This document shows, one piece after another, positions 15,784 through 28,388 of a stretch of 64,000 nucleotides of DNA. Position 1 is the first letter of the stretch. Each line of letters begins with the position of its first letter. The translations under genes and the position numbers were made by a program. Under the pieces are notes generated by a model that worked only from the letters and a program-made list of their open reading frames with translations, did not search any database and had not been told where the DNA came from. The stretch is from the human T2T-CHM13v2.0 reference genome, Homo sapiens. The stretch is from the NCBI RefSeq assembly GCF_009914755.1, contig NC_060934.1, one strand, 5' to 3'.

Positions 15784-15862
15784 CCTTGATCACTGATGAC
15801 CTCACAGATGCAATTATCTGTGCCAGGAAAATTGTTAAAGAGACACAAGGAATGAACTATTG
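15784..15862 (+). CDS. LYZL1: LYZL1 penultimate coding exon (79 bp): (A)[26 protein letters not shown]
   Basis: Branch point cctaac (A at 15758), polypyrimidine tract and CAG acceptor (15781-15783), donor TG|GTAAGA. Length of 79 bp with phase 1 in and phase 2 out matches the c-type lysozyme exon. Peptide matches remembered LYZL1 (LITDD, CARK) rather than LYZL2 (LVTDD, CAKK). Confidence 0.95.
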
Positions 15863-16663
15863 GTAAGAGTGTTTTCTTGGGAGACTTGTGCTGTCATGGG
15901 CAAAACCTAGTGTGTGTATTTATCACAGTTATGGTGGAATTGACAAACTCACCTCCGCAGAGTGGTCCAACCAATGGAAGGAGACCTTGTCTATATTCTC
16001 CTCCATCAGTGTGTGGGTGTGCAGTGAACATAGTAGTACATAGAAAGGGAGAGGAGACTTGGGATTGGGTTAAGATAATTTGCAATTGCTTTTCATATGA
16101 ACGTATTCCAAACAATGGAGAAAGGTATTTTCTAAAGTGACTTGGAAAGGGTCAACTGAATCAATTCGAGAGAGGAAAAAAAAAAAAAGCTTGAGTTTGT
16201 TCTAGATTTGGATAAGATTTTGAAGGTTACAGCAACATTTTGCAGGGAAAGAGAATGAGCAGCAGCAAGAGGAAAGTGAGCAGGTCTGTGTCATGGCGAC
16301 TCAGCAGAAAGCGTCCCCAGCATTGAGCCTGGGGCCTTGCATTCGCTGCTGCTGTGTTCTGGTGAACGTTGCCAGCCGGCCCCACTCAGAGAACCCGAAT
16401 TTTCACAGATGTGGGTGTGACATGGAATGACCCATCCTTACAAAAGTTGATTGCTTGTTGCTGAAGCTAACAATGGCTAGGAGAAAACCAGGAGACAAAA
16501 GTCTGAACTAGGCAAAAGGACAGCATCCTTGAAGCTCAGAAGCAAATGAAACCCAACCCAGGGTTCCGCTGGCGATTTTGGTTAATTTCTGTAGGCTTTG
16601 AAACTAAGACGGTTTGGATTGTCACGCTTCTTTCTGCTGCTCCTGCTTCCCTCTCATCCTCAG

Positions 16664-16733
16664 GCAAGGCTGGAAGAAACATTGTGAGGGCAGAGACCTG
16701 TCCGAGTGGAAAAAAGGCTGTGAGGTTTCCTAA
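16664..16733 (+). CDS. LYZL1: LYZL1 terminal coding exon: (W)[22 protein letters not shown]
   Basis: Pyrimidine tract then CAG|G completes TG|G (Trp). Lysozyme W-x-x-W, C115 and C127 equivalents present. TAA at 16731-16733. Confidence 0.95.
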
Positions 16734-16900
16734 ACTGGAACTGGACCCAGGATGCTTTGCAGCAACGCCCTAGGATTTGCAGTGAATGTCCAAATGCCTG
16801 TGTCATCTTGTCCCGTTTCCTCCCAATATTCCTTCTCAAACTTGGAGAGGGAAAATTAAGCTATACTTTTAAGAAAATAAATATTTCCATTTAAATGTCT
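16734..16900 (+). terminator. LYZL1: LYZL1 3'UTR with polyadenylation signal AATAAA (16876-16881)
   Basis: Canonical hexamer 143 nt after the stop; cleavage expected about 15-20 nt downstream. Confidence 0.8.
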
Positions 16901-17369
16901 TCACCCCGTCTCAGTTCCAATGATGTCATAATAGCATGGTGTTAAGACTTGAAAAATCACCTCCACAATGCTCTAGCCTTGGAAAAAACAAAGCTCCCTT
17001 CTTCATTGTAGGGAGTCCTGGTTTCTGTGGCCCTGAAACTGCTGCTCATTCAAAAATAAGACTCCCTCATCTTCAGGGCCATCCTCAGAAACAGGACACA
17101 TGCAGAAGGGTGAGGTTAGGAACTAGGAGCACCTGAGGGGCCGAATCCCCTTAAGAGTACCCCAGAAGGACCGTCTATGCATGCCCACCCACAAGCCTAG
17201 ACACCATTTATCTATCTACACGCACGCAAGAGACGCAGAGAGATAGGGCAACTGAGATTCACTGTTTGATATTGAAATTCTCATAAAAGTTCTCAGTTGC
17301 ATTTTTTGTATTTTGTATTCTGCATTTTCCAAGTTTTTCCTGACATATTTTGCTATTAAAGAAAAACAT

Positions 17370-17635
17370 CACCAGGCACGGTGGCTCACGTGTGTAATCC
17401 CAGCACTTTGGGAGGCCAAAGTGGGTGGATCACTTGAAGTCAGAAGTTTGTGACCAGCCTGACCAACATGGAGAAACCCCGTCTCTACTAAAAATACAAA
17501 AATTAGCCGGGCGTGGTGGTGCGTGCCTGTAATGCCAGCTACTCGGGAGGCTGAGGTGGGAGGTGGAGGTTACAGTGAGCCGAGATCATGCCGCTGTACT
17601 CCAGCCTGGGTGACAGAGCAAGACTCTGTCAAGAA
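17370..17635 (+). mobile_element. AluS with a short internal deletion in the right arm
   Basis: ggctgaggt|gggaggtggagg lacks the gagaatcgcttgaacc segment. Confidence 0.85.
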
Positions 17636-17691
17636 AGGGAAGGGGAAGGGGGAGGGAACGTTTTTTTTCCGGAGTAAAAAATAAGACCCCT

Positions 17692-17811
17692 GGCCAGGCA
17701 CAGTGGCTCACGCTTGTAATCCCAACAATCTGGGAAGCCAAGGTAGGAGGACTGTTTAAGGCCAGGAGTTCAAGGCAAGTCTGGGCAACATAGCAAGACC
17801 CTGTCTCTACA
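17692..17811 (+). mobile_element. Alu monomer (FLAM/AluJ)
   Basis: Single arm. Confidence 0.8.
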
Positions 17812-17951
17812 GCATTTTTTTTGTTTTGTTTTAGTTGCAGCTTTTATGCCTAAATCCTGCTGGAAATTCTAATGGGTCCAAACAGATAAAATTGTAGCTC
17901 TTACCCCTGACATCAAGAGAGTTCCCCATGTTATTCCACTTCTGCTTAAAT

Positions 17952-18172
17952 CAAGCTTGTCAAACCCATGGCCTATGAGCTGCATGTGGCCCAGGATGGC
18001 TTTGAATGTGGCCCAACACAAATTTGTAAACTTTATTAGAGCATTATGAGATTTTTTTTTTTTGTGATTTCTCTTTTTAGCTCATCAGCTATTGTTAGTG
18101 TATTTTATGTGTGGCCCAAGACAATTCTTCTTCCAATATGGCCCAGGGAAGCCAAAAGATGGGACACCCCTG
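17952..18172 (-). mobile_element. MER30 (hAT-Charlie)
   Basis: caagcttgtc.aaccc ... gccaaaagat.ggacacccctg; TSD-like gcttaaat/atttaaat. Confidence 0.8.
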
Positions 18173-20047
18173 ATTTAAATTAAATCTATCCAATTCAAAA
18201 AGCCATGCTTACAAGCTCACAACCCCATGACAAAGTTGTTTTCAACCTTAGACGTGCAGATTTTATTCGTATGGCTAGGAACTTGGTGACCCTCTGATGG
18301 AAGTCTGGTGACATGGCAGTGAGCTGAGCATCTCAGACCCCAAAGCGATATTCCCAGGATGCCTTCTGCTCCGCACAGGGATGGCACCCCCTCCTGGCTC
18401 CCATGGCGGGGTGGTTCTGTGGCACCTGCTGGGTTTTCTCTTGCCCATTATCAATCCACATGCCTCTGTTCTGCTGGGGCAGAGCTGGTTGGAGCTGTCT
18501 TGTTCTAAATTTAGGTGAAGGTAGTAGGCTCATGTTGAATGCAATTTGACCTGGAAAATGCCTTCAATTGATGTTTGTTGGAGAATTGGTTATGCCAACA
18601 AGTAAGTTTCCCACTTAGAAGAAAGTCTCCACTGATGAGACTGATGGATACTGTGACAGCGCCTAAATAACCCTTCAATATGCTCTTACTGCCAACTCCC
18701 CAGGCCTCAACTGATGGCTCCTTTCCTGCCCACCGGCTTGCCTTGCATGCAGAGGCTTTAAGAACGCCTAACCGCTACTTGCCTAAATAAATAAATAAAC
18801 ATGTTATATATTTCTAAACATACATGTCATCCTGGGACAATTTAACAGGCATTATAAACCCTGAGGGAAAAAACCTTTTGAACCCCATCTAAGAATTGAA
18901 AAGTAATTTTATAAGATAGCTGAAGAAAATTTGAAAAATGTAGAATCCATTAAGCTGCACTAAATCAATAATCTGTGCTTACAGAAGGCCATAAATATGC
19001 ATTTTTCATTATTATTGTCCTGTTAGTCATCTGCCTTGCAGCCCCATTCTTAGCCAAATTTCTGCTTCATTAAAACCAACGGCACCTATTTATGAGCTAA
19101 GTTAGCATGAACCTGGCACCAGCCATTCAAAGACTGGGGGAAATATTTTTTTTAAACCAACTCCAAAAATAAGTGTTTTAAAATTTAAGGTAAAAAGACA
19201 TTGGCTGTCCTAACATTAGACTCATCTATCTTTTTGCAAAACTCACAAGATTTCTAAGCATGCAATCCTACTCTTCCCCTTCCCCCATGTTTGATTTATT
19301 TCTATAAAGAATAATTTAGGATGAAAAGAATACATTTTCCCAGATAATTTTCCATAATTAAAGCCTTCAGAAATTCAAGAGGACATGAATACTTCTATGC
19401 CTGAGTTATCTTTATTTAACAAAAGCATATTTCAGAAAAACCCACACTCATATTCCCCTTTATAGTTTCTAAGACACTTGGAAGTAGATTTTCATTTACT
19501 CCTCGTGGCCACATTATCTGCTGGTTACCAGATACACTGAGCAGACCATTGGGTATTAGGGGATAGTGATTGGCTTATGTGGGTACATTCTTTCTGTGGG
19601 GACTCAGCTCTGCCTGATTCTTGGGACACCTCCCACTCCCCCAGCATCTGGCTCTTTGAATCCCAACTTGTTCCCTGTTGTTCCTCGATGCTTTCTGGTC
19701 TGGTCTGGTCTGTGATTTTCCCTTGATGCCTTTTATACCCAGTATATCATTTCCCCTCAGGTGTCCTTGCTCTTGGTTTTTCCCATACATGGAGGTTGTG
19801 CCACTCCCCTGCAGCCTATTCAAGCCTGGCCCAGCCAACACAAGCTCCCAGCTCCTCTAACCCCTAAAGCTCTTGCCTCTGAACACATGGCTGGTGTGTG
19901 CTGTAGGATTAGGTGACTGGGGATTAGTGTCCTCATCCAACCTGTAAGCTCTTTGAGGCCTGGACCATGTCCTTCACTGCTATATTTCCACAATCCCTGC
20001 TGCAGTGCTAAACACATAATAGTTAACATTCAAAAATATTTGATGTT

Positions 20048-20300
20048 GGCCAGCACTGCAGGAGGCCAAGACGGGAGGATCACTTGAGACCAGCCTGGGC
20101 AACACAGTGAGACCCCATGTCTACAAAAAGTACAAAGATTAGCTGCGTGTGGTGGTGCACACCTGTAGTTCCAGCTACTCAGGAGGTTGAGGTGGGAGGA
20201 TCGCTTGAGCCCAGGAGTTTGAGGCTTCAGTGAACTATGAACTAGCCACTGCACTCCAGCCTGGATGACCGAGTGAGGCCCTGTCTCTTAAAAAAATTAA
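20048..20300 (+). mobile_element. AluJ with internal deletions
   Basis: TSD-like atttgatgtt on both sides. Confidence 0.8.
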
Positions 20301-20732
20301 TTAAAAAATTTGATGTTGGTTTTTTGTACCACTGGACACATGTGGAATCACAGAAAGTTTACAAATAAGACCTTGCATCTAGAACATTTTTGTTTTCAAA
20401 TCAAGTTCATGTTTATTATTTCATACGCTCCTCACAACAATCTTGGGATATAGGGGAATGAAAACTTCACTCCATATACACGTCCCTGAGATACGGAAGG
20501 GGTAACTATCGCCCAGGGGCCACAGCGCAACGGCAGAGAATCCAAGAGGCCCCTGCTGCCCTGCGGGGATCTTCAGAACTCAGTGACAGAATGTGTCCTA
20601 GTTCCTTTACGAACAGGGAGTGCCTGAGCCCTTCACCTGTGTTCCACACAGCCACTTCCTTGAGTGTCTCAAATATGGCACAAACCCTAAGCCAGCCCCT
20701 GAAAGATCTGCAGGAACAATTTAGTCTCTTCA

Positions 20733-21220
<488 letters not shown>

Positions 21221-21242
21221 ACCATAAAAATAAAAAGTTTAA

Positions 21243-21539
<297 letters not shown>

Positions 21540-22335
21540 TTAAAGCATGAAAATGTCTTCCAACATAGGCCAAATAGCCCCACTCCAGCCCTGCTCAGCC
21601 CCCCGGTGATGCTTCTCCAGGTTGCCAGGCTTCCTCTGCAGTGCTTCTGCCTTGAAGGGTCCGACTGCTTGAGGACAGACATCGCCATCCCCCAGCGCTT
21701 GGGCTGCAAGCAGTTCTTTACACACAGCGATGTCAGGGGAAGGAAATTCACACATCCAGCTTGCAGAGGAGTCATGGCCAGGGAGAGCTTAGGATCTGGA
21801 TCTGGGAGGAACTGTGGGCACAGTAGAAGCTTCTGGAACAAAATGGGGCTCCTTGAGGGCAGGAAGGCAGCTTCACAGCACTCTGCCTTGAGCAGGTAAT
21901 TCTTTCCCTCATTTTTCTCCCTTCTCTCATCTGATTCCACAAGTGCAGGGAAATAGAACAGGGGACACTCAGAAACTGTTCCGATTCACAGATTCAGCAG
22001 TCACTTTGGTTTAAACTGATCCTCCAGTAACAGGAGAAAGAGAAGAGGAAGCCCAAGGTCAGAAGCTAATGAAGAGAGTCTTACTGGAGAGCAGGAGAGA
22101 GAAGAGAAGCAACGAATCTTTCTTTATACCAGGCTGCAGTTTGCACAGTTTTTACCACTGGGGCCTCCTCACTGATGTAACCCAAAAGAAACGCTGTGTT
22201 TTGAATGGAGACATTGTTTTACTCACCTCATTGGTTAGGCTCTGTTCATAACAATAATCTACATTCTTTGTAGAATAGATAGAAAATAATTTCCAAAACT
22301 GAAAAAAATCCATAACTGCTATTAATATATTTTGA

Positions 22336-22693
<358 letters not shown>

Positions 22694-22984
22694 CTTCCAG
22701 GTTTTTTACAGATTTTTAATAAAGTTGGAATTATAGGATACCTAATTTTATAGCTATTTTTAAATTAATACGACACAAGATTTTCCCCACATTAATATTT
22801 TCTAACACATGACACATAGGAACAGCATAACAGTTACTTACGCTGACCTGTGATTCACTTCCTCTCTCCCCTATGGTTGGATATTGAGGTTGTCCAGTAC
22901 CATTTTCAGGCCTGGAGCTCTAGGCCAAGTTTTGCAAAGAGCCCTTCCTCTTCTCACTGTTTATTCTCCTCTGAACCTCACCAG

Positions 22985-23145
22985 AAGTCCTCAGCACATG
23001 TTCTTCATGGAGGTCATCTTTCCCTGGACTGCTTGGCTACTTTAGAAGTCAAATCAAGACTAGAAGTATGAAAGCCAATCACAATTTCCCAACAATTAGG
23101 ATCCATCATTCACCATTTGGTTGGTACGCAGAGAAAACATTTTAA
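22985..23145 (+). CDS. Candidate alternative terminal exon of LYZL1 (coding part), phase-1 frame (E)VLSTCSSWRSSFPGLLGYFRSQIKTRSMKANHNFPTIRIHHSPFGWYAEKTF*
   Basis: About 40-nt AG-free pyrimidine tract with ctcac branch motif, then CCAG|. Phase-1 frame is open for 53 codons. AATAAA at 23450, 23745 and 23980. Inference only. Confidence 0.35.
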
Positions 23146-23264
23146 GTCAGTACTGTGCTGAAAAATCCTAAACATGCCATTACCTTAGCTCCAGGTCTTC
23201 TGTCCCTGGTGATGGAGCAAAGCCAATAGCTGTGCAAACAGAGTGGGGAGTAGACAGGGCGCCC

Positions 23265-23466
23265 TTGAGAGACTGCCAGAGCTAAGCCCAACTCCTCTGT
23301 GACTGGTGGTGTGAGCACAGACAAGACACTGAACCTCTCTGTTTCACTTCCTGTAAAATGGGAATAACAGTATTTGCCATGCACAGCCATGGTAAGGACT
23401 AGCAACCGTATTAGAAGCATGTTAATCACCTGGCACAAACCAGGCTTGTAATAAACATTAGTGATT
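23265..23466 (+). mobile_element. MIR
   Basis: aacctctctgtttc..ctgtaaaatgggaataacagta. Confidence 0.7.
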
Positions 23467-23636
23467 AATTTACCTGGGGATGGTGGCACACACCTGTAGT
23501 CCCAGCTACTTGGGAGTCTGAGGTGGGAGGAGCGATTGAGCCTGGAAGTTCAAGGTTACAGTGAGCTATAATGACAGCACCGCACTCCAGACTGGGAAAC
23601 AGAGTGAGACCCTGTCTCTTTAAAAAAAAAAAAAAA
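23467..23636 (+). mobile_element. Alu right arm (FRAM/AluJ)
   Basis: Single arm plus A tail. Confidence 0.8.
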
Positions 23637-24089
23637 GTGATTACTATCCTATTTCTGCATTTTTCTTTGTCTATAATTTTGTAATAGGTGATTTCTAACA
23701 GGACCTGCAGACACTTTGAAAGGATAAACTACATTTTAATGTGAAATAAAGGCATGTTCAAAAAGCAAAGGTGCAGATAGTGGCTGAAAGAAACCACCTG
23801 AAACTGAGGCTGTTTATTTTCACAGGTCCCTGCTGCTAAGAATTCCAAACTACAAGGGAAAAAGTTAAACTCAGCTAGATTTCCCTGCCTGCTCAAGACC
23901 ACAACCCCAGTGGCAACATAATTCTTGGTGAGGATGAAAAAACGAAATCTATACTTGCCTTGAGAAAGCATTCATGCAAAATAAAGCCCAGATTCATAAG
24001 TAATCTGACTTCAGCATCACTTTTCAAAACAGTATCCTGTTACCAGCTAAAGCAAACAGAGTGGTTCCAACCCCAGGAACTGACAGGCA

Positions 24090-24670
24090 GTGCAAAAGGG
24101 CAGATTGGAAGAGATTAAATATTTGTGCAAAAGCCCGTACCCCCCTTCACAAAGGGCTGCCTCTGTCTGGCATAAAAGGGAAGGGATGCGGGAACTGAGA
24201 AGAGGGCCTTATCTTTCCAGAGGAAGGACTGTTTGGGGACGGAGGAGGTGGAGAAGGGGAGAGAAAATAGCGGAGAAGGGGAGGGATAATAGCAGAGGAG
24301 GGGAGACATCAGATGGGTGTGTGTCCCCGGGTCGCTGTCGAGCCGGGCCAGGCTGCTGTCATCGGCTGAGGCTGCACTTCTGACCCCTGCGGTGAAGCCA
24401 AGCCACGCGGGCTCAGGGGCAGACGGAAACAGGATGACTCGAGCTTTGAAGCTGCCAGCCTGTGATGGCAGAGAGGCCAGAAAGAAGCCCGCTCCAGAAC
24501 CCACTCTCTCAGCAGCAGCACCACATTAATTTGCAGGGGGGTGGGAAGGACAGAGGAGGGGAGGGGCGGAGAGGGGAGGGCAGGAGAGGTCGGGCTGGGA
24601 CCGAGGCCAGGGAAGCGGGTCATGTGCACAAGGCAGCCCAAAGGCCTTCCAGGGGGTGCCCAAGAAGGAC
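24090..24670. promoter_or_regulatory. GC/CpG-enriched non-repeat element (candidate promoter or enhancer)
   Basis: Local CpG cluster, GC box GGGGCGGAG (24563-24571), G4 motif (24558-24580), cggaaac-aggatgactc ETS/AP-1-like pair. Confidence 0.4.
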
Positions 24671-25071
24671 TTTAGAGAAGGGAGATTTTGAAAAATTATT
24701 TTTTAAAAAAATTGTAGTTTTCGACTCTGCTGACAGTCGATCAAAGCTAGTTTCTGCTTCTGAGACATTTTAGTGGCTGCCAGGAACTTAGAATTTAGAA
24801 GAGAAAAAAGAAGAGGAAAGGAAAAAATCTACAATGGAGCAGTCTGCGCGGGCGGTGGGGAGATTGCTGGTAAGATGAGAGTCTTTGAGGAATTGGGATT
24901 TTTCTGTGGACTTTGGAGCTCCTCGGGGCCCACCATGAAGACCAACATGGGGCCGGCAGCGCAGGGAAAAACACCCTTGGGAGGCCCTTTGAACACAGCT
25001 CACGTTACCACATTTGAGGAGAGACAACGGGAGGGACGGTCCCTTGTGCCAGTCGAGGGACAGGGCTGGAA

Positions 25072-25243
25072 CTGTGGTTCCAAACCCTGGCTGCACAATG
25101 CGATCATCAGGACACTTCAAAAAATGCAGATGCCAGGCCTGGCTCAATTCAGTTAAATCAGGCTCCCTGAAGGCAGGGTCCTGATGCAGATATTTTTTTA
25201 ACTCCCCCGTTAATTCTAATGCTCAACCAAGGTTATGAACCCT
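25072..25243. mobile_element. MER5-family hAT MITE
   Basis: gtggttc.aaaccctggctgcaca...ttctaatg..caaccaaggtt..gaacc. Confidence 0.65.
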
Positions 25244-25491
25244 GAGTAAGAGACTTAACGGGACCCTGCTGAGCACAGGCTTCCCCTGGGCTACAGTGCC
25301 CCCTCTCCGTCACCTCACTGGGAGAAGAACATCAAGGTCACCCACCTTCTGGCTACAGTGAAGACTCAGGAAGTCGTTCCTCTCCGATAGCTGAGAGTCA
25401 ATACAGGGACCTCAAGAGTGGAGCCTCATCATCAGAGTAACCTGGGGACAACAGAGGCCAGAACACACACAACACTCAGCAAGTATTCAAA

Positions 25492-25763
25492 GGCCAGGCA
25501 CGGAGGCTCATGCTTGTAATCCTAACACTTTGGGAAGCCGAGGTGGGAGGATTTCTTGAGGACAGGAGTTTGAGACCAGCCTGGGCAACATGACGAGACC
25601 CCCCTCTCTACAAAAAGAATTAAAAGAATTAGCCAGGTATGGTGACTCACACCTGTAGTCCCAGCTATTGAGGAGGCTCAGACAAGAGGATCTTCTGAGC
25701 CCAGAGTTCAAGGCTGCAGTGAGCCATGATAGAGCAAGAACCTGTCTCAAAAAAAAAAAAAAA
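25492..25763 (+). mobile_element. AluJ
   Basis: Dimeric Alu with a right-arm deletion. Confidence 0.85.
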
Positions 25764-25904
25764 AGCCCACTAAAACCAATTTTAAAAACCCCCAAATATG
25801 TGAGTAACTGTGCCAGGCACTATGCTATGCAAATGGTGAGCATAGCCAATTGGTTGATTCTGCAGCTCTGGGTTTTCTCTGTAGGCAGGGGCAGGAGAAC
25901 CAGC

Positions 25905-26682
<778 letters not shown>

Positions 26683-27579
26683 TGAAGGTGATATTGCACA
26701 AGAAAACTCAAAATCTATGCAATTACAAACCAATAAAGTATAGGTGCTGTCTGATTATACTGAGCCACGCTAAGGGGTCACCCACACATCAGCTGTGGCC
26801 CTGTCCCCTCAACATCCTGGGCAGAATGACTCAACCTTTTATAAGGGAAGCCCAAGGTCTTCTGCAAGATTCCTGAGACCTAAAAAGCTTACATTTTCAT
26901 GCTTTTCTCTGGCTCTGAGCCTCTGCTTCTGCTGAATTCGTTCATTTAAAAATCCTCTCCTCTCCTTGCTATTGTGTCACTGACAGGAAAGGGGTCTCTT
27001 TTCTTCATTTGGACAATACAGAAATAAAATTAAACCTTCCACAGAAGATATTTATATGGACTTTCCTTAGAAGGTTTAGGAAGACAGAAAGATCTAGATT
27101 TCCAATGCAAAAAACTCAGACAAGAGAAATTCCTGTTCCCCAAGTGTTGCTTCTCCTCCTGCTCCCCTTCCGGGGTTTTTCCTCTTCTTTTTTCTCTCTG
27201 ACCAAACACCTGTTTTCTTTTATTCTGTTTTTTGTTTGTTTGTTTCTTTTTATCATCTCGGCTCCTAATTATTCAGGTGCTCAAAGTTTTATCTTCTCTT
27301 TAAGCAGTTGATGAAAAAGTGCTCTTAAAAAGAAGTTCGATCCCACCTGTAAGAAAAATTTTGGTGCCAGCAGATAAGAAAGCAAAATTTCCCCCCACAT
27401 TTATAGTAAAACATATATGTAATAGAGCCCTCCTCCCACCCCCACTTCCCCCACACCCCTGCTCACTCTGTCCCAGCCCCGCACACCTGGGATCTAACCT
27501 GTTCCCCACACGCCCAGAATCTAACCTGTTTCTGGCACAGCCAGCAGCTTCTTGTTCCTCTCACAGGTCCCCGCTCAGT

Positions 27580-28332
27580 GGCCACAGTCTCAAGGCGAGA
27601 ACCGTGGGAAACTCTCCTAGGTGTGAAATGAAAGAAGCACCAAAACACGCAGTCATCAGGATCAACAAGGTTTTAATGCATGATCTATTTGCAATATGCG
27701 ATGCATTAAACTAATGCAAAAACTCCATGATGAACAAAAAGTCAACATTTCAAAGACAGGACCAATATTACTGATTTTTTTTTCTTTTTCTTTTGCTCCA
27801 GGTTTGAATGTGGCTCTTCACAGCACTATGAGTGATTTTCATTTCGTTTTGAAATTTTTTTCTTTTTTTTTTTTTTTGAGATGGAGTTTTACTCTTGTTG
27901 CCCAGGCTAGGGTGCAATGGCATGATCTTGGCTCATCGCAACCTCTGCCTCCTGAGTTCAAGCCATTCTCCTGCCTCAGCCTCCCCAGTAGCTAGGATTA
28001 CAGATGGCTGCCACCACACTGGGCTAATTTTTGTATTTTTTTTTTAATTTTTATTTTTAGTAGAGACAAGGTTTCACCATGTTGGTGGGCTGGTCTCAAA
28101 TTCCTGACCTTAGACGATTCGTCAGCTTTGGCTTTCCAAAGTGCTGGGATTACAGGCATGAGCTGCCGTGCCTGGCCTATTTTGAAATTTTGATATTTTC
28201 TTCATCATGGGGTTTTTGCATTAATTTTGATTTTTAAAAAATAATGCCTTCAAATGTTATTTATCTTGACTCCTGAGTTTTTGGACACCCCCTTAAACTG
28301 TGTGCTAAGGCTTCACCCTCATCCCAGCCCTG
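27580..28332. mobile_element. Two inverted Arthur1/MER69-like (hAT-Tip100) copies with an AluSp inside the second
   Basis: 27708-27754 is the approximate reverse complement of 28181-28227; terminal cccagccctg at 28332. Confidence 0.6.
27856..28177 (-). mobile_element. AluSp-like
   Basis: ctcttgttgcccaggct..gtgcaatgg diagnostics; TSD ttttgaaattt. Confidence 0.85.
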
Positions 28333-28388
28333 GAAGTATTCTAATCAGGGTGGAAAATAATGCTACTTGTCCTTTCTGAGCAATAAGT

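Noticed and set aside
16546-16773. 75-aa ORF (MKPNPGF...) overlapping the last LYZL1 exon
   Set aside because: It starts in the intron and reads a different frame from the conserved lysozyme frame; no independent support.
24090-25156. Cluster of overlapping 100-130 aa ORFs on both strands
   Set aside because: Explained by high GC content depleting stop codons; low-complexity R/G/P/S peptides without homology.
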